A stretch of DNA of 45,442 nt from Thermococcus sp. JdFR-02. Its GTDB lineage: Archaea > Methanobacteriota_B > Thermococci > Thermococcales > Thermococcaceae. A program made the translations under genes and the position numbers. The stretch covers positions 1 to 45,442 of the forward strand of contig MTLP01000001.1 of the NCBI GenBank assembly GCA_002009975.1. The letters run 5' to 3'. Every line of letters begins with the position of its first letter. Within the stretch, counting starts at the first letter, position 1. Positions 40,007 through 45,442 of the stretch are shown here, piece by piece. The notes under the pieces were generated by a model. That model worked only from the letters and a program-made list of their open reading frames with translations, ran no database searches and was not told the origin of the DNA.

Positions 40007-41077
40007 ATGAACAAGACCGTTTATACAAAAGATGTTCCAAGCGACAGATTAGAAGTGCTTGGGGTTATAAAAGCTCATAAAAAACCAGTAAAGGTAATGA
40101 TCATAGGAGGAACAGATAGCGGAAAAACTACTGCAATGGTATTTTTTGCAAATGAACTTCTCTCATTGGGCTTTAGAATTGCAGTGATTGATAGCGACAT
40201 TGGCCAAAAGGGCATTTTACCCCCAGCAACCATAACTCTAGGATTTCCAGACAGATTGTTCAACTCACTGGATGAGATAACTCCTTACAAACACTATTTC
40301 ATCGGAAGCATAACCCCAAATCAATTCTTCGGAGAAATGATAACAGGAGTTAAGGTTTTAATTGATGAAGCCTTGAAAAAAGCGGATGTTATTTTAATAG
40401 ACACTACTGGATTTGTTCATGGTAGTGGAGTAGACCTGAAAAGGATGAAAATTGAAACAATAAAACCCGATATAATACTCGCATTAGGAAGAGAAAATGA
40501 GCTGGAACCAATATTAAAGCCATTTGAGAATAAAATAAGAATCTTTAAGCTCAAAGTCAGTGAGAAGATAAGGAAACACAGCAGAGAAGAAAGGAGAGAG
40601 ATAAGGAGAGAAAAATGGAGAACATATTTCAAAAATTCAAAGAGCTACTTGTTGAATTTGAATGAATATTACATCAGCGGGACATCACTATTCCATGGAG
40701 AAGAAATAAGAGAAGAAGAGAAAAAGCTCTTAGAGTCTCTTTTTAAATGGCTCATCATTTATGGAGTAAAAATAGATGGAAGGTACTTTGTTGTGAAAGT
40801 TGATCTAGTAAACTTTCCAAGACAGGTAGATAGGAGTACTCTTCATTACATTGATTTTGAGAGATTGAGTAATCTGATAGTGGGACTCATAGACGATAAA
40901 GGATTTTGCGTGGGTTTGGGGATTTTAAAGGTCATCAACTTTAAAGAAAAAACAATTGAAATCTTAACTCCTTTAACTGAGGATGAAATGAAGAAAGTTA
41001 GAGAGATAAGATTTGGAAGAATTAGGGTAAGGGAAGATGGAGAGGAATTGGGTTTACTTGACAGAAATCTGCTTTAA
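40007..41077 (+). CDS. Clp1/Nol9-family polynucleotide 5'-kinase
   Basis: GGTDSGKTT, DSDIGQ, IDTTG, R...R lid. Confidence 0.92.
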   Translation: MNKTVYTKDVPSDRLEVLGVIKAHKKPVKVMIIGGTDSGKTTAMVFFANELLSLGFRIAVIDSDIGQKGILPPATITLGFPDRLFNSLDEITPYKHYFIGSITPNQFFGEMITGVKVLIDEALKKADVILIDTTGFVHGSGVDLKRMKIETIKPDIILALGRENELEPILKPFENKIRIFKLKVSEKIRKHSREERREIRREKWRTYFKNSKSYLLNLNEYYISGTSLFHGEEIREEEKKLLESLFKWLIIYGVKIDGRYFVVKVDLVNFPRQVDRSTLHYIDFERLSNLIVGLIDDKGFCVGLGILKVINFKEKTIEILTPLTEDEMKKVREIRFGRIRVREDGEELGLLDRNLL

Positions 41078-41454
41078 TATTGCTCTCTCATAGTTCTAAT
41101 CGTGCTATCATGAATTAATGTGGCTGATATGCTGTCAACCATCTTAAAAAACTCTTCTTTCCCCTCTTCAAACTCAAGATTGTCAATCCTTATGAGCTTA
41201 CATTCATTGCTGAGTATCCATCTTCCCAGAACTATCTTTTCCCTTTCCCCCTGCGAAATATCAATTCTGATTAGACCATAGGGAATTTCAGAAGTCCACC
41301 AGTTTGCTTTAAATCCCACTTTCCATCCAAGTTTTTGTATTTCTTCTGCTAATCTATCCATAGTTTCCCTTGGACCATAAGGGGTTTTGAATGTGATAAC
41401 CGTCCAAAACTCCTCACCTTCTAAGTGCTTTCTTAATTCATCTTTAAACTTCAT
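41074..41454 (-). CDS. Conserved hypothetical protein
   Basis: 126-aa ORF coupled to upstream gene by ATGA overlap. Confidence 0.75.
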   Translation of the reverse strand: MKFKDELRKHLEGEEFWTVITFKTPYGPRETMDRLAEEIQKLGWKVGFKANWWTSEIPYGLIRIDISQGEREKIVLGRWILSNECKLIRIDNLEFEEGKEEFFKMVDSISATLIHDSTIRTMREQY

Positions 41455-42296
41455 AATCTCACCCCCTGAGTGATTGAACCAAACAAAAAGCTGAACACGG
41501 CTAAATAAATAGCCAATTTAAGCTTTCTCTGAGACCTTCCAGCAACTTTTGGAGAGGGATTTTTCAAAATATCAAAGATAGCAGACAAGATCAAAAAATC
41601 AACAAGCAATATTGTGAAGTATCCAACTCCAATACCCAACTTTACAGGGAGTATAGAAGCTATTATTGTTGCTATTCCAAAAATCGAAGCCAAATATGCG
41701 GATTTTTTAACTCCCCAAACAATTGGCAGAGTTTTTGCCCCTTCAGCTTTATCCCCTTCCATATCCTCTATATCCTTGATAATTTCTCTTGCGACATTAA
41801 CCAAGAAGGCACAGATTGCCAAATATCCAGCAAACCCTATTTTTCCTACAGACACTGCTCCATAAATTGGGGTTATACCTGCTAAAAATGCCACAGCTAA
41901 ATTTCCAATAAAAGGCAAGGGTTTAAGCTTCCATGCATAAACTATCATGGTCACATAAGCAACTAAGGCTAATAAGAAAGCATTGGTGTTAATTCTTGAG
42001 GCAAGCACTAATCCAACGGCAAAAAGCACAATAGCATACCAAAATGCAGTTTTTCTCGAAATTGCACCTCTCGGCAAAGGTCTTTTTGGTCTGTTTATTC
42101 TATCGATCTCATAATCAAAATAGTCATTTATTGTATCTCCGCCGCCACATCCAAGAAAGACAACCGAAAATATCAATAGAGCAAGTTTAAGCTCAGGGAA
42201 CTTCCCTATAGCTACAACAGAGCCAAGAATACCAACTAATCCAGCAATAAAGCAATTGTGAGGTCTTAATATCTCTATGAAGGCTTTTAACTCCAT
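41451..42296 (-). CDS. Digeranylgeranylglyceryl phosphate synthase (UbiA family)
   Basis: NDYFDYEIDRINRPKRPLPRG, REIIKDIEDMEGD. Confidence 0.93.
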   Translation of the reverse strand: MELKAFIEILRPHNCFIAGLVGILGSVVAIGKFPELKLALLIFSVVFLGCGGGDTINDYFDYEIDRINRPKRPLPRGAISRKTAFWYAIVLFAVGLVLASRINTNAFLLALVAYVTMIVYAWKLKPLPFIGNLAVAFLAGITPIYGAVSVGKIGFAGYLAICAFLVNVAREIIKDIEDMEGDKAEGAKTLPIVWGVKKSAYLASIFGIATIIASILPVKLGIGVGYFTILLVDFLILSAIFDILKNPSPKVAGRSQRKLKLAIYLAVFSFLFGSITQGVRL

Positions 42297-42347
42297 TAGG
42301 CGCACCTAATATAAAGAGAAAGAAAGGGATTAAAAAAGTTTGGGTCG

Positions 42348-43163
42348 CTATTCGATGATCTTGTAGTAGCCAATCTCTGGTTCGTAAATTTCCCCTTCAC
42401 TCAGCAATTCCCGTATAGCGTCATCTATTGTATCAATATCAAATTTATCTTGAAGTTTGCGCTCTATGTATTTCCTCGATACAGGAGTCCCTGTTTTAGC
42501 CCTCAATATCTCAAGTACAGCTTTCTTAGCCTCTTCCAGCTTTTCATCAACTTCTTTTTCTTTTACTTCAAGCTCCTCTTCAAACATTTCAGCTTCTAAC
42601 GTTTCCTCCGCCTTTTGCTCCATCAAAATAGCATAAAGCTCGTCAATTGTCTCTAAAAGATCCTCAGTAACTCCTTTATTTTTTGCAATCACCTTTGCCT
42701 TTGCTGTAATACCATAGGTGTTGTAGATTTCAAAAGCGATTTTTGCTTTCTTTACATGCTCTATCTTATCCTTTAAAGTTTCATAACGGTGCAATATCCA
42801 CATGTTGGGACTTACCTTTGAAACTCCCTCAATTAGAATTTGCTTATCCCCTCTCCATTCTGCTATTTTTCCGATTATCTGTACCAAATCACCCTTATTT
42901 ACAAGCTTTATGAATTTTGTATCATCCCTAAATCCAAGAACCCATATCACTCCAGTTCCATCATCAATTTGAAACTTCCCATAGGTTTCATCCTCAGCTA
43001 TGGCTGGTTCTCTCACAACAGTTCCAACTACTTTTGCCCTGTAAACCTTCTTTGCATCTTTTGTTATTAGGTAATTAGGCTCAAAATCACCCTCACTTTT
43101 AACAAAGAATCCATCCAAGATGTCCTTAATATAAACTCTTGTTGCAGGCAATCTCTTCTTCAT
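42348..43163 (-). CDS. Replication protein A, RPA32 subunit
   Basis: OB fold (IDDGTG) + C-terminal winged helix (GEIYEP). Confidence 0.92.
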   Translation of the reverse strand: MKKRLPATRVYIKDILDGFFVKSEGDFEPNYLITKDAKKVYRAKVVGTVVREPAIAEDETYGKFQIDDGTGVIWVLGFRDDTKFIKLVNKGDLVQIIGKIAEWRGDKQILIEGVSKVSPNMWILHRYETLKDKIEHVKKAKIAFEIYNTYGITAKAKVIAKNKGVTEDLLETIDELYAILMEQKAEETLEAEMFEEELEVKEKEVDEKLEEAKKAVLEILRAKTGTPVSRKYIERKLQDKFDIDTIDDAIRELLSEGEIYEPEIGYYKIIE

Positions 43164-43528
43164 TCTGACCACCATATAAGAGCATTTTCAATTTTAGGCA
43201 AAATTCTTCTTTCCAAATCTTGAATCTCTTCCAAAGCATCTAAATCAGCATCACTGAAGTCTTGAACAACCTCTGCATATATGTGCATCTCCTCATTTCT
43301 TATTATTCTCCCGATAACCCTAACAACTTGCCCTATTTTTGGAAGAATATTTTCTTCACTCTCTATTATTGCAACACCTGTGCCATCGTCGAGCCAAAAG
43401 AGGTAATCAAGCTTATCAACTTTGACGACTTTGCCAATTAAAGCAACCCTTGTATCTTCCTCCCTTATCTCGCTAATTTTTCTCTCTACGGCAGGTTTTC
43501 TACGTCTAATTTGCACTATTTCCTCCAT
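43160..43528 (-). CDS. Replication protein A, RPA14 subunit
   Basis: Single OB fold, LDDGTG, between RPA41 and RPA32. Confidence 0.9.
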   Translation of the reverse strand: MEEIVQIRRRKPAVERKISEIREEDTRVALIGKVVKVDKLDYLFWLDDGTGVAIIESEENILPKIGQVVRVIGRIIRNEEMHIYAEVVQDFSDADLDALEEIQDLERRILPKIENALIWWSE

Positions 43529-43529
43529 T

Positions 43530-44585
43530 TTAAGCGACCTCCCTTAGCTCTCTCCTAATCCTCTCAATCTCACTCTTGTAATCAACTTCTTCCCATGAAG
43601 AAGCCCTTAATATTAAGCCCAAAAACCTGTCCTCCAAGACATTTCCTCTAATTATTATCTCCTTTCCAAGCAAAGAGTAAAACTCATCTTCAGCTAATTT
43701 CCTTCCAGCCTCTTTTATTGTCATTCCCATATTGATTAGCTCCTTAAGCTTCTCACTTATCTCCTCTGGATCTTTACCCAACAGCTCTGCTGCATCGTCA
43801 CCGAAGAGTGTAGCCCTAATATATCCTGTACAATCATCCAATCCAAAGTCCACTATAACCATTTTAATCGCTTCAACCTCTCCATGCTCTGGACAGATCC
43901 ATACCCCCATTCCAGGGTCGTAATCAACTTTCCTCTTACACTCTGGGCATGCATCGTAAACCACAACTCTATACAACCTAGCAACAGTTCCTCTAACTTC
44001 AACAAACTTTTCTCCACCAATTAACTCCCCAATGTTCCTCCTAACATAATTATAGGCTCTAACCTCTGAAATCTCTGGAATTTCTTGAACTCTTGGATCT
44101 TCGGGGTTAACTATTATCCTACTTCTAAAGCTAACATGCAATTCTGGTAGACCAGTAAGACTTTCTTTAACATTTGCATCAATTATCTTTACAACATCCC
44201 CTACGCGAATATCATTGTAGTATTTATCAACTTGAGTATCCCAGAGAACAACCCTCGCCCTTCCAGTGCTGTCATAAATTAGCAAACTTGCAACTTTTCC
44301 AGTGGTTTTGTCCTTCTTAGTGTATGTCCTAATTGGGTACTTCCTTAAAACCCTGCCAACTATGTTAATTTCCCTCATACCTGGAACCAAATCTTCTATA
44401 TGCATTAAACTTGGGGCTTCTTCTAAGCTAATTCCAAGTTGTTCTGCAAGGAGTAAAGCAGCAGCATGTTCGGAAATTTCATGCCTTTTAGCAATTTCCC
44501 TTATTTTACTATCTATTTCACGAATGCTAAGGCCTTTTTGTTTCTTAATAAGCCCTATAATCTGTTCCTTAGTTAACACCACCAT
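43530..44585 (-). CDS. Replication protein A, RPA41 subunit
   Basis: OB folds, CPEC...CPEH zinc finger. Confidence 0.93.
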   Translation of the reverse strand: MVVLTKEQIIGLIKKQKGLSIREIDSKIREIAKRHEISEHAAALLLAEQLGISLEEAPSLMHIEDLVPGMREINIVGRVLRKYPIRTYTKKDKTTGKVASLLIYDSTGRARVVLWDTQVDKYYNDIRVGDVVKIIDANVKESLTGLPELHVSFRSRIIVNPEDPRVQEIPEISEVRAYNYVRRNIGELIGGEKFVEVRGTVARLYRVVVYDACPECKRKVDYDPGMGVWICPEHGEVEAIKMVIVDFGLDDCTGYIRATLFGDDAAELLGKDPEEISEKLKELINMGMTIKEAGRKLAEDEFYSLLGKEIIIRGNVLEDRFLGLILRASSWEEVDYKSEIERIRRELREVA

Positions 44586-44708
44586 ATACACTCACCTAAA
44601 TAGTAATTTATAATTTAGGTATTTAAACTTTTTGAGAGCTTGATATTAGGTAAAGAGTTATTTAATTTCTCATTTATTGAGAAATAGTAAAAGTAAGTCT
44701 CTAAAGGA

Positions 44709-45284
44709 TTACTTATCCTTAGTTTGACTTTTTTCACTCTTTTCAATCTTTTCCATTAAATCAGCGTATTCAGCGTGAATAACCTTTTTAAATGCTTCTT
44801 TTATTAAAAGTGGATCATTTTCTGGAAATCCATAAAGTTCGGCAAATTTTTGAGTTGTTCCCAACAACTTTGTCTTTTCATAGGGTTCAGCATATATCAA
44901 GCCCATACTAAGCAAATGCTTTACATGTTCATAGGCTTGACTCCCTCTTAGCTTTACTAATTTACTTTGTTCAATAGGTTGCAAATACGCAATCAAGGCC
45001 AATGTCTTTAGTTCTCCAGTTCTTAGATCTGGCTTTGGCATTAAATGAAAAACTCTTTGAGAGTATTCTTGCTTAAGCTGCATTACATATTTATCCCCCA
45101 AGACCCTAACAACCTCTATTGCACTCTTTCTCTCAGCGTATTCAGCAGCAATTAGCTCAATGAGCTTTTCAAGATAGTCTGAGGATCTTATACCAAGCGC
45201 TCTTGATAGTTCCTTTATACTTAAAGGTCTCCCAGCAACAAAAAGAGCGGCTTCAACTAATGCTTTATCCTCCATCAATCCCAT
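44709..45284 (-). CDS. scpB: SMC-associated segregation/condensation protein ScpB
   Basis: VEAALF, TLALIAYLQP, RG, TT.KF..YG. Confidence 0.95.
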   Translation of the reverse strand: MGLMEDKALVEAALFVAGRPLSIKELSRALGIRSSDYLEKLIELIAAEYAERKSAIEVVRVLGDKYVMQLKQEYSQRVFHLMPKPDLRTGELKTLALIAYLQPIEQSKLVKLRGSQAYEHVKHLLSMGLIYAEPYEKTKLLGTTQKFAELYGFPENDPLLIKEAFKKVIHAEYADLMEKIEKSEKSQTKDK

Positions 45285-45343
45285 ATTCACCACACCTAAA
45301 AAATTTTAGAGGTTTTTTGTTATTAATGTTGTCCTAGAGCACA

Positions 45344-45360
45344 CCGTAAAGTTTATAAAT
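45344..45360 (+). promoter_or_regulatory. BRE/TATA promoter of 5S rRNA
   Basis: CCGTAAAG-TTTATAAA about 24 nt upstream of 5S start. Confidence 0.7.
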
Positions 45361-45382
45361 TGGCTTGGTATGAGTAGTTATC

Positions 45383-45442
45383 GGCACGGCGGTCACAGCG
45401 GCGGGGCCACACCCGGACTCGTTTCGACCCCGGAAGTTAAGC
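45383..45442 (+). rRNA. rrf: 5S rRNA, 5' part; runs off window end
   Basis: GGCACGGCGGTCACAGCGGCGGGG..ACACCCGGACTCGTTTCGACCCCGGAAGTTAAGC; abrupt GC rise. Confidence 0.96.

Overview
Archaeal chromosome segment from a low-GC member of Thermococcales, judged by the split GMP synthase, three-subunit RPA, thermosome and gene order. Most of it is conserved housekeeping DNA: thermosome (partial), EF-1beta, guaB-guaAB-guaAA with an inserted MNT-HEPN pair, a pilin/adhesin cluster headed by a CetZ/FtsZ-like GTPase, taw1, the rps6e-eIF2gamma-PIN...ppa-rpoE-spt4-rps24e-rps27ae superoperon, Sec61beta, engB, Lrp, Clp1, DGGGP synthase, RPA, scpB and the start of 5S rRNA. A box C/D guide RNA and several short genes missing from the ORF track were read directly. 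The standout is a ~10.4 kb accessory island (24993-35370) between the PIN gene and ppa. It holds one 1002-aa secreted Ig/CARDB-like repeat protein with an amphipathic tip, followed by an alternating array of start-less alternative C-termini or tiny C-terminal stubs (most ending in a conserved (D/G)NNx(I/V)(I/V)GD-like tail) and 13 small membrane-protein genes. This is the architecture of a polymorphic toxin/immunity locus with orphan cassettes. The functional assignment is inferred from architecture, not proven.
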